Origin: Octopus vulgaris | Lineage: Eukaryota | NCBI GenBank assembly: GCA_951406725.2 | Contig: OX597817.1 | Location: 6,076,001 to 6,140,000, forward strand | Direction of reading: 5' to 3' | Length of the DNA stretch: 64,000 bases | In this document: positions 14,990 through 29,271 of the stretch, piece by piece | How positions within the stretch are numbered: the first letter of the stretch is position 1 | How the letters are laid out: every line of letters starts with the position of its first letter | The notes under the pieces: generated by a model | Told to the model about the DNA's origin: nothing | Database searches by the model: none | Seen by the model: only the letters and a program-made list of their open reading frames with translations | Program-made: the position numbers and the translations under genes

Positions 14990-16500
14990 ACAACGTACAC
15001 GAAAACACGTGGCAACAAAAAACAGTCAACCACAAGGAACTACGGTAAGACATTTTGTCATTTAAAAATACAAAGAAACATACCAATTCACTTAACATAC
15101 AAGAATATCGTGAACAAAGCATAATTCCTTTGGTCAAAACGTTAGTAAACAAAACAATTATTCATTTGATCAAATTATTAGAAGTAAAAATACAGAGACG
15201 AAATCATATTCAAGATCTCAAAAAAATCACCTATTAGAAACAGAGCAAAAAAACCATACTAGACCTTCAAATAAACTCCCAAAGGTTTGAAAAACTGGAA
15301 ATATAAATAAAATATTCTCACCAAGGAACAAGAGAATAAACATATCTAACCAAACACCACAACCAAAATACAAAGCTCACCAGAGAAAATATGTCAATAA
15401 TAGAAGAAATAATAGACAAAAAAAAAAGAATATATATTTTAGGATCAGGACAGCAAACACCGGAGAGAGAAAAAGTCCAAGAAGAAACACCTCTGGAACA
15501 ACTGACAGGATAGACTCTAAAATTTTTAATCTGGAGACGAACTTCGGTTATTGATGAAAGGACTAAAATTCACTCCTACAACCACAGTCAGCCATCCGGA
15601 ATTGGAGGAAGATATCCAAAACCTTTGTCGGAAACTACGACTTGTGAAGTTTTTTTTTACTGATAAGAATAGCCAGAATGACGAATCCTTGGCGTAAAAT
15701 AAATCAAAATTTAACACACCAAAAGGATGAAATACACATCTAGATCATTTGATATCCTCTCCAGAATTCTACTGAAGCATAGTATCAACGTCAGGCCAAA
15801 CATTTCAAAACTAGAAAAGTCTGCCCTTATACGTCTTCAAAATGACAACACAATCGTCATCAAACAAGCGGGTAAAGGGGGTGTCATTGTTAAAATGATT
15901 ACGGAGTATTACCGGGATCTAACTGAAGATCAGTTGAAGGATTCAACATTTTACCGTGAAATACCCTCAAATATTGTCCACCGCATCATGAAGAAGCTCA
16001 ATCATTTAGTCTGAAAACATCATAACTCCCTCAATCCTAATGAGACTATATTACTAATTTTGAGTCGAAATCCAGAAACTTTTATGGCCCGTCTAAAATA
16101 TACAAGTCAGAAGAAATACAAAATGCTATAAAGAAACAAGGTAGTGAATATGTAAAATTACAGTTCTATATTTAATATCCGTCAATTGTAAATAATATAA
16201 GTAATGTATGTTAAACTACTGCAACCAAAAGACCTTAAACTATAACCCATTATAGCTGGTTCAGTCTGTCATAGATATCTTCTGATCAACCTCATTGATA
16301 TAATCCTAAAACCATTATGTATTCACATACCCAGTTTCATTCAGGATGACATTGATTCCCTGTCACATCTGCCCCCAAAAAACAAAATCCAATTCATTGT
16401 TAGTTTTGATGTAACAAACTTGTTCACAAACATTCGACATGATTTGGGAATTACTGCAATAAAATATTGGGTCACGAAATATAGAGAAGTTAGCCCCCAT
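14990..16500 (+). pseudogene. Second decayed, more divergent PLE (upstream A-rich ORF remnant + RT N-terminal half)
   Basis: Motifs KIFNL..LLMKGLKFTPT..LEEDIQNLCRKLRL, IVIKQAGKGGVIV and IVSFDVTNLFTNI. Confidence 0.8.
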
Positions 16501-16749
16501 AGATTTACTGTAATCTGCAGACTAAGCGCGGTCAGCCTCATCCTCGAAATGGATGTGAAATCGCCATTGTCACGAGAACACTTTCTTCGTGGTAATGGTG
16601 ATTTGATGTCTATGTTTAGCATATTAGGTGTCCACTTTAGTGGTCATTTCTCACAACTTTTAATCTTCAGATTTTTTGAATATGCTAAGCCAGTGGTTTT
16701 AATTGATTAATATTAATTTCTACTTTTATAATTTAATTATATATATATA

Positions 16750-16915
16750 GGCGCAGGAGTGGCTGTGTGGTAAGTAGCTTGCTAACCAACCACATGGTTC
16801 CGGGTTCAATTCCAACTGCGTGGCATCTTGGGCAAGTGTCTTCTGCTATAGCCCCGGGCCGACCAATGCCTTGTGAGTGGATATGGTAGACGGAAACTGA
16901 AAGAAGCCTGTCGTA

Positions 16916-16964
<49 letters not shown>

Positions 16965-17173
16965 TTATGTGTCTGTGTTTGTCCCTCTAGCATTGCTTGA
17001 CAACCGATGCTGGTGTGTTTACGTCCCCGTCACTTAGCGGTTCGGTAAAAGAGACCGATAGAATAAGTACTGGGCTTACAAAGAATAAGTCCCGGGGTCG
17101 ATTTGCTCGACTAAATGCGGTGCTCCAGCATGGCCGCAGTCAAATGACTGAAACAAGTAAAAGAGTAAAAGAG
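16750..17173 (+). mobile_element. tRNA-derived SINE, family 1 (full length, internal TA/TG microsatellite)
   Basis: A-box-like TGGCTGTGTGG and B-box-like GGTTCAATTCC head, plus a (TAAAAGAG)n tail. Multiple homologous copies occur in the window. Confidence 0.85.
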
Positions 17174-17371
17174 TATATATATATATATATATATATATAC
17201 ATCCATATCCATACACATACATACACACATACGTACATATGTATACAGACCTACATATACACACATATATACATATACATGTATATGCATATACACACAA
17301 ACACTCATTCACATATATATTGAGATCTAACCAGGTTATTAGCATCGTAATGTCAAAGTTTAATCTATATG

Positions 17372-17406
<35 letters not shown>

Positions 17407-18049
17407 ATCTGTGTCTGGTAGTGGGTGTGTCATGATCATTGCACAGTAAACCGAGAGAATGTTTCTTGGAGAATTTTTGCTATTCTTCTCTATAAGCAGG
17501 GTCAAGTTTGTCGCTCATTCCCTTGGGACAGAGAGAGAGAGAGAGAGAAACAGTTTACCGTGAGGGATATAATTAAATGAATTTCCTAAAACCGATACCA
17601 CAGTGCGAGCATTCTACGGTTTCTGAAACCAGCCAAATTAGAAAAAAAGATATCTCAGAAGAATAAAAAAATCTGACAATGCAAATCGTTCAGATTTGAA
17701 ATTTTGTTATAGTGAGAGGTGAATATAGATCCAAAGCAACGAAGTAACAACTAGACATTTGATTTAATAATTCTGTTAGATTCACCGTTTGTTTGTGATT
17801 TAATAATAAAAAAATACTTTGGTTTTAGTGCAGACATTCGTGACTTCGAGTAGTTTTCTACTTCACGGCAGTTCTTCCGTAAAGACCAAGAATGCGGCAA
17901 AAATACGTCAGCCGTGAAGAATAATTCAACGGGCGTCCGAAGTAGCGCAGTTTATAAAATGTCTGGCTCTCACTGACAGACGAAGTGAGAGTTTGCAAGT
18001 TCTCCACTTCCAACAAATACACCGCCATCAACGCCTACGATCACCGCCA

Positions 18050-18470
18050 ACATAGTCACCAACACCACCACCCTCACCACCATCCTCACCACCACCCTCA
18101 CTACCACTCTCACCACCACCCTCACAACCACCACCACCACCGCCACCACCACCTTCACCACCACCACCACCATCCTCACCACCACCCTCACAACCACCCT
18201 CACCACCACCCTCACAACCACCCTCACCACCACCCTCACAACCATCCTCACCACCACCACCACCACCCTTACACCACCCTCACTACCACCCTCACCACCA
18301 CTACCCTCACCACCACCCTCACCACCTCCACACTCACCACCATCTTCACCACTACCCTCACCACCACCCTCACCACCACCCGCACCACCACCACCCTCAC
18401 ACCACCCTCACTACCACCCTCACCACCACCCTCACCACCACCACCACCACCACCAACAACAACAACAACG
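18050..18470. repeat. (CACCACCCT)n / (CAC)n minisatellite followed by CAA/CAT triplet repeats
   Basis: Direct reading. It explains the HPHH/TTL/VVR pseudo-ORFs. Confidence 0.9.
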
Positions 18471-19892
18471 CCAAAAATAATAACAACCACAACAGCGGCA
18501 GCAACACCACAAAAACAAAACTACGGTCAGCATTAACACGACCAGGTGCAGCAATACAATCACCACCAACACCTCCACCACCTCCACAAACACAACCAAC
18601 ATTCACCCCATCATCATCATCATCATCATCATCACCACCGCCACCGTAATCTTTATCGTCGATGGCGATGTTATGATCATCATCATCGTCCTTGCCGTTG
18701 TCATCAATATCGACAACTTTTCGATTAATAGCAATCGTCCCATTCCTCTTCTCCAATTACTCTTTCTTATCATTAACAGTCATTATCATTCTCATCAGCT
18801 TCATATGATTACGCTGACAATCACCTTCATCAATATAACCCCATTATAACCATCACCGTCTTCCTCGCCGCCATCTTCAATAACATTACGTCCACTAATC
18901 TCTTATCTGCAGCATCGGATATGTGCTAGCAATATCAACTAACTCCATCACTACAACAACAGTAACAAAAACAAATAGCAGTATTAGTGTTATTAGTTGC
19001 AGCAAAATTAATCCCGTTTTATTTTTACCATAATTTTTTTTATTATTTTAGGCGTTTTTTTTCTTCTTTTTCCCTTGTTTTCTTTCTCGTCGCTGACATC
19101 TGAGTTGTACGCTTCGTTCTCGTTTTCACTGCTTTTTCTCGTGTTTGTCGTCGCTGTCATGGTCATCGTTACCATCGTTTTGATGACCACTTGCTGATAT
19201 GCTGCCAGTTTCCTGCTAACACAAGTACAAAAGCAACAACAATACCACCAATAAAACGAGGAAATGACAGAATTGCAACTATAACTATAAGAATCATCCT
19301 AAATAAGGTCACCAGTGGCGCGAACATTTCAATTATCAGGTGCAGGAGGAAAAATCAACTGAAAACACCGTTACTATCACGTTACCACCATCGCTGTCAA
19401 AACCACCACCATCACTACCACCGGCACTGCCACCGGCACTGCTATTAACACTAATGCCATTATGACGGTCGCTGCCACCACTACAGCTATCACCGCCGCA
19501 CCACTACGAACCCTGCCGCTGTTGCCACCACTCCTACTACCACATCGACAACGGTTGCAATAGTAGCAGCAAAGCACTTAATTTTGTAGGAGTATTAAAA
19601 AATTTATGTTGAATGATGTATAGAAGAATAGATAAGGCATTAGATACAATCATTTGTGGAATGAATTTACGTCACTTTATATCGTATACGTTCAAATCCT
19701 GTTTGGCATCAATATATCATTTCGTCCCTTCATTGTTTCATATAAATGCACTGGGTGTTGTTTCGTTCTTCTATATCCTCATCTATAAGCTTCCTACCAC
19801 GTCTTACTTAGTCGATTGAGTTATTAGAATCAACTGCCAAATCTTATTAAAAATCTACTGTACAACTTTTTGATGACAGAGGAATTCTTCTT

Positions 19893-20151
19893 TTATTCTT
19901 TCACCCGTTTCATTTATTTGACCGCGGTCATGCTGGCGCATCTCCTGCAAGTGTTTTAGTATTTATTCTATGGGTATCTTTTGCTGAACTGCTAATTTAC
20001 GGCACATAAACACACCAACATCAGTTGTGACAAAATAGTGGGAGGACAGACAGTGAAACAGACACATAAACATACATGCATACACACATACACTCATTCA
20101 CGCACACATACTCACACACACACACACAGACACAGACACACACAGACACAG

Positions 20152-20207
<56 letters not shown>

Positions 20208-20372
20208 AAACGACAGGCTTCTTTCAGTTTCCGTCTAACAAATCCACTCACATGGTTTTGGTCACCCCAAGGCTATAGCAGAAGACACTTACTTGCCGAA
20301 AGTGCTCCGCAGTGGGACTAAACTCAGAACCCTGCTCTTCGTAAGCAAGCTTCTTACCACAAAACAACGCTA
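19893..20372 (-). mobile_element. SINE family 1, diverged minus-strand copy
   Basis: Reverse complement of the family consensus with an expanded CA/TA insert. Confidence 0.75.
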
Positions 20373-22866
20373 CATATATAAATAAGAAAAGGGAAGAAGC
20401 TGTACAACACTTATTCATGGAACAAAACTTGAAATGACTATCTCTATTGAAATCTCTAAAATGTCATTTCTTCCTGAATACACGCAAGTATACAACCAAA
20501 CATTTACCAAAATTTAGTATAAATACTCACCTGACATAGACAAATACATACATAAGTAGTTGCTTCCACAATAACTACATTAGTTACAAAGAAAAATACG
20601 TGTAGAGAAAATGTGTTTTCTTCGGTTCTTGAAGCCGAAGCGTGAAACAGCTGGAGCGAATGTGCTCCCCAAAGCTCGGTATTCATTACGTGAATTTGCA
20701 AATCAATTTATTCATGCAATTACCGTAATCATTGGAAAGTAGGTTTCAAATGTGCTAGAGAAGTTTTAATATTAGCGCTGAAAACGCCTAAGAATTTGTT
20801 GTAGTCATACAGCTTAAATGCTTTCTGATGTCAAGCTGCATAATATCAGCGTAAAAAATTAAAAGTCTTCTAGAAATTTATCCGTAAAATGTCGAGTAAC
20901 TATTTAGCTTAATAACAATAGACTCATTTATATATACATAAATATATATAATACAGACTAACGCGCACACACACACACATATAAAACAACTTGAGGATGT
21001 TTGAGGTAAAAAAGTAAAACATCTGGGAATTAGACATAATAGCAAATAGAAGAGGTAAGTAGATGTATCCTTTTACGTTAAACGTATCGAGACAAGCTTA
21101 AGTAACATTCTTAAATGTCCATTATATGCCGCAATTTTCTAATGGCAATTTTTCACGAATTTGCACTCCATTCTAAGCTCATTCCATCAATTTTCTAAAA
21201 TACATACCAGGCTTCTTTGGAGCGTGTGTAGGAAGATCAAGATTAATTCGTATATTGTGTATCACTGATCGAAGTAAGGTATTTCTGCAAATCTGCACGA
21301 ATAACATGGGAATAGGAGGCATAAAGTTAATATGCAGCCTACTTACTGAATGAAGTATATTAGACTTGACTATGTCAGCATCTATAAAGTCTTATATTTC
21401 TGTTAAATATATCCACTTTTCCAGAAATATAATGTCTCTTGAGAGAAAAGTATTTTCTTTACCTAACAAGGACAGAAGTTTAGTATGTTATAGATTATCG
21501 TTATTTTGAACAAGAAGAAGACTCAAAATTTTATGTATACTGTAGCAAAAGATATCAGGCATTTAATAGAGCTATTTAAATGTATGGTTCAAATCCGCCG
21601 TAAAAAAATAAAAAGTAAATAAAATAAACATTGCGTTCTCCACAGATGGCTGCATAAGTTGCATACTTATGCATGCTATAAATTGAGATATCACTCTTAG
21701 TTATGTGTTACAAGAGAATTTAAAGACCCATTATTCAGCAGTACAGTTGCTAATTATGATTTCTCAAATTAGCAGCAGAGAAACATTTTGCTGATTCGAT
21801 CACCTGTTGGAATCAATAACAAAACATAACTGACATATTCTATTGAACCTGGAAGAGCGAAAGGTGCATCTACTCCAGTGGAATTTGGTCAATGATGTTA
21901 AGTATTGAAAGGTAAAGACTACACTCTACTTCTGCTCCACATAACACTAATGGTCGAATTAGCAACTGTTTTTTTGCATCTATACAGGTAAGGTATCGAA
22001 TGAAACTTCTATTAATTATATAGAATCTCATTTCTGATTGGTTCTTAAAAATTGGCAAAGCAAGTTTCCTTGATATAATTTATATATTGAAGAACGAAAC
22101 AACTGCTGCAAATCGTTGTAGACTAACGTTTTAATTTTTCAATTTCTGTCTCACCGTTCAGACCACAACTGTAGAAATGTATGAGATAAGACCATAGTTT
22201 GAGAATGGAGTGCACTTATGAATAATTAGTCGAATTATAATGCAGAATGTGGTGTGATGTAACTAAATACAACTGAATTTCTAGCACAGATCTCAGCAAT
22301 TCCCAACAATTCTCAGCTTTTATAGTATAAAAGATGAATACATCGAGAATATATTTGTTATCTATACAGTTATAGCTTGTAGTGCTTAGGGAACATTTAA
22401 TTCTTTTATATGATAATTGTGTGTGATTAATTTTGTTTCTCTCACTACTCTTTGGTTTTAGCACAACTGGATCATGAAATTGGATAACACAGAGTAAGTA
22501 AAATATTGTATGCTTTTAGCAATATAAACACGACTGTCCAGCGTTGATATTTTTGTAAAGTTTTGTAAAACTGTATGCGTATGTGTAACTCTGTGTTCCT
22601 GTGTATGTGTGCATATCAGAGTGTGCGTGTCTTTGTGTATGATGTGTCAGAAAGTTCATGAATCAAATATCAAAGGGACCTGAAATCCAGACAAGACACT
22701 CTACGAGTTAAAGTTATCTGTAGAAGAAATAAGAATTTCTTACAAATACATTTTCTTTTCCAAAGAATCTTCACTTTTTATCAATGAAGCAGATAAGCTA
22801 TTGAATTTGCGAAAGCGGAGATTCTTTGCTGAAACACTGTGTAAAATGCAATTATATGTGTATATG

Positions 22867-22904
<38 letters not shown>

Positions 22905-22970
22905 ATTTATAATATATATACATGCATACATGCATACATACATACATACATACATACATACATACATACA

Positions 22971-23004
<34 letters not shown>

Positions 23005-24256
23005 CCACAAGTAATGATGCAATATATTTGCTGGAATGTAAAATTATCATTCTCATAACAGAATGTTTTTAGGAGAGAACTTGTAATAAAATTTAGCTTG
23101 CATTTTTGACATTCGTAAGCAATCAAAACAAAAACAGCTAAGGTTCTGAAAGCATTCTCCTATGAGCTAAGTTTTCAGTACAAGTTACCTCCACTGAATC
23201 CCAAAGAATATTTGCCTATGGAAACGGATTAGGTTAAGATTCACGTTTAAGATGAGTATACACAGATCCAAGGAAAATCCTCGGTTTGTTATCTATGGAA
23301 ATAAAAGTTTAACATCCGTGTAAGCCATGGGTAAGCAGGCTTATGTTTAAATGTTTTACAGTCATTACCACCCGTATTTTGGTGTAACCAAAAGTTCGTA
23401 GTCCAGTATTTTGTCTGTCTTTTAAGACTGCGGGTGAGATTTGTAAGAATTCGATGGCTACTTATAGCAAGTAGCAGAAGCTCACATGTTAACTTGTTAA
23501 AGAACAGTTAGTCTACATGGATTTAACTCATGCCTCAGAAAAAAGACATTTTCCAATAAATAGTAAATCAAATACAGCGCAATTGATAAAAAAGTAAGAA
23601 TTTTCTATTACTGCGAAAATGCCAAATACGTTGGAAACTGAACATCCTTTTATCATAGAAGTGCTATGTAGCGTATGGATATTGTCACTGCAACAATGGC
23701 TGTCATGTTCAAAGAAATCACGTCCTGCTGTCCACTTCAATAGACAATCATATTCAATTCTCGGCAATGGACGATTATTGTTTGTTTCAAGAAATCGTAG
23801 AAAGAAAATCATTATAAAGAGGTATACATTCTAATCATAGTCGAAACAATTGAAAACCATTGCATTTAAAACAATAAATAGTTACAACGTAGAGTCAACC
23901 ACTCTCCGTGTCGTCGCTACCTCCGGCCTAACAATTACCAGTGCAAACATCATCATCATCATCATCAATGCAAAGTCAATCATTACTCATCCACCAATTT
24001 TCAAATTTAAAGCAGTATCAAAAAGACAAATCTTTAAACGCTTTTTCTTCTTTCTTCCTGTCTTTTTATAGACGACACCACTTTCCCCTGATCTTCCACT
24101 TCAATATCTCTTGGTAATGTAATTGAATTTTGAGGCAAAGTGATTCCGTTGATCTACAACACGAACATAGAAATGTTTCAGTAGCTTATAGCAGAAATAT
24201 TATAATTGATCTTATGTTGATTGTAATAGCAATGTATCAACATCGATACAAACGAT

Positions 24257-26779
24257 ATGGGCAGTGAGTTGGCGGATATGCCAGGGTGGGAAAGAAAATT
24301 CCTTTCCGTTGTTGGCTATGCTTCTCTGCGAAATGAGTTGAAATCCTGCTGAAGTTAGATCTACTTTCCATGTTCTAGATGAAATAAAGTTCCATTCAGG
24401 TACTGAAGTTGATGAAATCAACTACCCTCCTACTACCAAATTTATAACGTTCCGTCCATGTAAGAAATTTATATTCATAGATATGAAAATATTAGTAGTA
24501 GAATATTTGTAATTAGTAATTTGGCAAAAACTAGCAAGCACTGTGTAATAAGATATTTTCTTACCCAGAGCAAATTTTAGTGGAATACTTTTTCCTTTCT
24601 TTCGATTGACAATAACACTATAATTGATATTCATAGATTGCAACTGAAAGGATTCCCTGACGTAATTTGATGCAACAATGCTGATGGAAATTGTAACTAT
24701 TTGCTAAAAATGATTCATAATAATTCTCTAATTTACCGAAATTTTCCTTGAAAATTATAACAAATTCTACGATAGGCACAAGATCTCTAATTTTCAGAGG
24801 ACTCGTCGATTGCATTGGTCAACTGATACCTATTTTATTGACCCCCCCACACCCGAATGGATAAAAGGCAAAGTAGACGTCGGTCGCATTTGAACTCAGA
24901 TCATAAAGATCCGGATGACTTGCAAATAATCTTATTTGTGCGGTCTGCTAACGAATTTACCAAGTCATAATAATAATTCTTTCCACTATAGGCTCAAGTC
25001 TTGAAATTTGCGTAGGGTGGGGGCTAGTCGATTATATTGATCCTAGTACCCAACTGATACTCATTTTATCGACTCAAAGGAAGGAAAAGCAAAGTTAACA
25101 TCGGCTTAATAGGAACTCAAAATGTAGAGAGCCGGAAGAAACGCCGCTATACACTATAACCGATACGCTAACGGTTCTGCTAGCTCGCCACATATTTGCC
25201 ACTTCACCGTTGTTTCAGCTTATAATGTTTTAAAATTTTGACACAAGGCCAACAATTGTAGGGAAGGAGAAGTCGGTTAGACGTCAATGTTTAATTGGTA
25301 GATATTTTATCATCTCTTAGACGAAGAAAGATAAGGACTTTGACGAATTGCCGAATAGGAAGAGAGAACTCAAAGGACCGGAAAATAAAGTTACTAAGCA
25401 TTCTCTCACCAATGATGTTGTTTGCTCGACGAGTAAGATGTTTCAGGTGATAATATTTGTTTCAGATTTAGGCACAGGGCTAGCAATTTTAGGAGAGGGA
25501 AAAGTAGATTACATCGACCCCAGTGTTTAACTGATTCTTATTTTATCAAACCCGAAAAGACGAAAAGCAAGTTTGAGCTCAGAGCACAGAGAAAAACGAA
25601 ATGCTGCTAAGCATTTTGCCTGGCATACTAACCACTCTGCCTGCTCGCCACTTTGTTTCTGCAAATAATATTGACGATATGAGACATAATATAAGAAATA
25701 TACTGCGAATAACAGCAAATTCTCCCTACATAATTGAAAACAAATGTAAGAAGAAAACCAACAAGAACTAAACATATACAGGACAATGCTAAATCAAAAT
25801 TAAAAATATCGTTACATTAATAAAATATTCAGAGATATACATTACGCTCTATGCAACTTTCTGAGGAAAAAAACAAAATAATCTTCTCTTAATATATCAA
25901 TCACTTTCATTTTGTTATATAACTTTGTTAATCTCTGTATTTCTAATACGTTTATTAATCTCTCTATTTCTTTGTCAATAATCATTTATCATTATACTTT
26001 TCATTATCAGTAATGTATTATATTTTCTATAGAATCCAGATTTATGTATCTGAAATCTTTTCTGCTATAGGCACAATACCTGAAATTTTGGGGTAAGGGG
26101 AAAGTCGATTACATCGACCCCAGTACTCAACTGGTACTTAAATTATCCCCGAAAGTATGAAAGCCAAAGTCAACTTCAGCGGAATTTGAACTCAGAACGT
26201 AGCAGCAGACGAAATACCTATTTCTTTACTACCCACAAGGGGCTAAACACAGAGGGAACAAACAAGGACAGACAAACGGATTAAGTCGATTACATCGACC
26301 CCAGTGCGCAACTGGTACTTATTTAATCGACCTCGAAAGGATGAAAGGCAAAGTCGACGTCGGCGGAATTTGAACTCAGAACGTAGCGGCAGACGAAATA
26401 CGACTACGCATTTCGCCCGGCCTGCTAAAGTTTCTGCCAGGTCGCTCCTTTTGATTTATGTCTGTGAAATGGTTTTAGTTCCTTATATTTGGAATATACG
26501 AGGTACTACACTACTATTGCAAACACCAGACTAAACAGGCAAAATGACTCTTCTATTTTCATAAGTCCCTACATGTTATACGGAATTAATTTGAAATATA
26601 GTTTCTTGAGTTAATTGTGATATTGTTTGTCCTTGTTAACTGTCCTTGTTTGTCCCCTCTGTGTTTAGCCCCTTGTGGGTAGTAAAGAAATAGGTATTTC
26701 GTCTGCTGATACGTTCTGGGTTCAAATTCCGCTGAAGTTGACTTTGCCTTTCATACTTTCGGGGATAATTTAAGTACCA
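24257..26779. mobile_element. Cluster of about 8 copies or fragments of a second SINE family
   Basis: Recurrent AAGTCGATTACATCGACCCCAGT..AACTGGTAC..GAAAGGCAAAGTCGAC..GGAATTTGAACTCAGA unit, whose reverse complement carries a B-box-like GAGTTCAAATTCC. Copies start at ~24257(+), 24770, 24980, 25235, 25460, 26060, 26220 (all -) and 26640(+). Confidence 0.75.
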
Positions 26780-27473
26780 TTGTAGAAGACATGACATTGT
26801 AATTAGAGCGTGCCTGACTCACTGGGGTTTGGAAATTCTCTTGCTTCCATAGGAACCAGTCCCCGATCATGAACTAAACGATAAATTACAACGGTTGGAC
26901 GATGAGATGCCAACCAAATACTGTATAAGCAGATAGCCATTCGGCTACCAGTGACCGGTGGAAAGAAAAGAGAGTCATTATTCGATATCTCAGTGAAGAT
27001 AGTGGGACTTAAATCTGAGAAAAGTTTATGTATATACCGTGGGGGTATTAACCGTAATAAATTAAGAATAACACACCTACGAATCTTGTCACTCTCAAAT
27101 GAACGATGGTCCTAATACAGTTATTCACTAATTTGAGTTTCGGAGATCGTGCCTCAGCCAATCTTGACAGGAATTTTTACTAGTTTAAATGGCTTATATC
27201 TTCATTATAATAATAATATAAATTAGTTTACTCTATTTGCTGATCTAGCAACTTATGGTTGTTAGCCTGCACATAACTATATTCTATTCAGGCATTCGTA
27301 TAAAATGAATTACTAGAAAGTTTTCTAATGTCATTATTCTAAATTGCTTAATCAGAGACTATTTTCTACTTAGCAGCTATATCGCCTGCGTTATGCTAAA
27401 TCATTAGTTCACAGACAGTTCATCACAATGGTTATGTAGATGCACCACAGATTTATACATACATACACACACA

Positions 27474-27552
<79 letters not shown>

Positions 27553-28456
27553 CTTATATATGCAATATATTACTCAATGAAATTGCAATTAAGTCGGGTT
27601 TTTACGTTTTAATATTTCTAATTTGTACAATTTTACAATATTGAAATAAACTGGTACTTTTGTGCTTTACGGTTTGTATAGTGACAGTCGTGTTCCACAT
27701 TTGACAAATGTAGGGAAAGGGTTGGAGTTATCTTTTAAATACCTTCCGATGGGGTTCCTGTGGACTGAATCACCTTACGAACTGTATTTTGACCACTCAG
27801 TATGTTGCTTAGATGTCACGGCTTGCTATCCGCGGCAACTCAGTTTTAATTGTATTTCAACCAATCAGTATGTGGCGTTTCAGTTTGGTGGACACATCAA
27901 GGATTCTTTACTTTGACTGCACCTAAATGGATAATTGCTTGGCTATATTCTGGAATGTCGTATGGCAACATACCTGTTTTCATTGAATTCTATTGTTAAT
28001 ATTCCAGAAATATTTACGTATCAATCGAGTCAATGTTCAATGTTCAATGTTCAATCGAGTCAACACTACGACCATCCTCCCTATCACCTTTATTTTTGTT
28101 GTTGTTATTGGTGGTGGTGGTAACAGTAGTACTTATTTTTATTATCATTATCATTATAGTGATTGCCGTTATATAACTGTCCATTTAAAATGGGTTTGAA
28201 TTTATCAATAAAATTCTTTTCTCTGACTATTCTCTCAACTTCCCTAGAGTTGTGAAGTTTGTAGAATGGGAATATTATGAACTTTTTCTGATCACATATT
28301 GCCAGATGATTGCTTAAAAGAGTCTGACGGTTACCAGGGTCCCCAATTTGCTGTCGGTGCACACGTGAACGTTCCGATAATTCATTCCCAGTCTGACCAA
28401 CGTATTCGTAACTCTTCTCAATTCGGGCATTTGTTACTTTTGCAGTTCATATTTAC

Positions 28457-28516
<60 letters not shown>

Positions 28517-28718
28517 GAATATAATAAAAAAAAGGGTAATAACATAGATTACTACCAGTGGCCCAGCACAAAAGACGAATTAGTCATTAGACAAAATATT
28601 ATTCATATAGAAATATAATTAAGGTCCCCCAAATAAGGATGCCAAGTGCTAGGGACACAAAAAAGGGATAAATTCATCCCTAGCACTTGACATCCTTATT
28701 TGGGAGACCTTAATTATA

Positions 28719-28760
<42 letters not shown>

Positions 28761-29186
28761 CACACTGCGAAAGTATCAAATGCCCGAATTGAGAAGAGAT
28801 ACGAATACGTTGGTCAGACTGGGAATGAATTATCGGAACTTTACGTGTGCATATATATATATACATATATATATATTATTCTCCGAACTCAAACTCCCTT
28901 CCTTCCAATGACATTCACCACACACCTTCTTTAAAACATTTTAATTTTATTTTACATTTCATTTTTCATTTTCTTTTCTTATTTTTGATTTCAATTTTGA
29001 ATTTTTATTCTTCATGTTCACGTTAATCTTCAGTTTCTATCCATCCCACACACTTCAATATACTTAACATGTACCCGCCCCCACATAATATACAAACACA
29101 CATATACGTTGACTTACCGTGAACTGTATATATACTCCCACATAAACACTCACACTCACACTCACGCACGCACGCACACACACACA

Positions 29187-29271
<85 letters not shown>

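Noticed and set aside
17970-18756. His/Pro-rich, Thr-rich and Val/Arg-rich ORFs
   Set aside because: They are alternative frames of a CACCACCCT minisatellite, with no splice or homology evidence.
24257-26450. Regularly recurring repeats resembling a CRISPR array
   Set aside because: The units are ~200-bp diverged SINE copies in eukaryotic DNA, with no constant repeat-spacer pattern and no cas genes.
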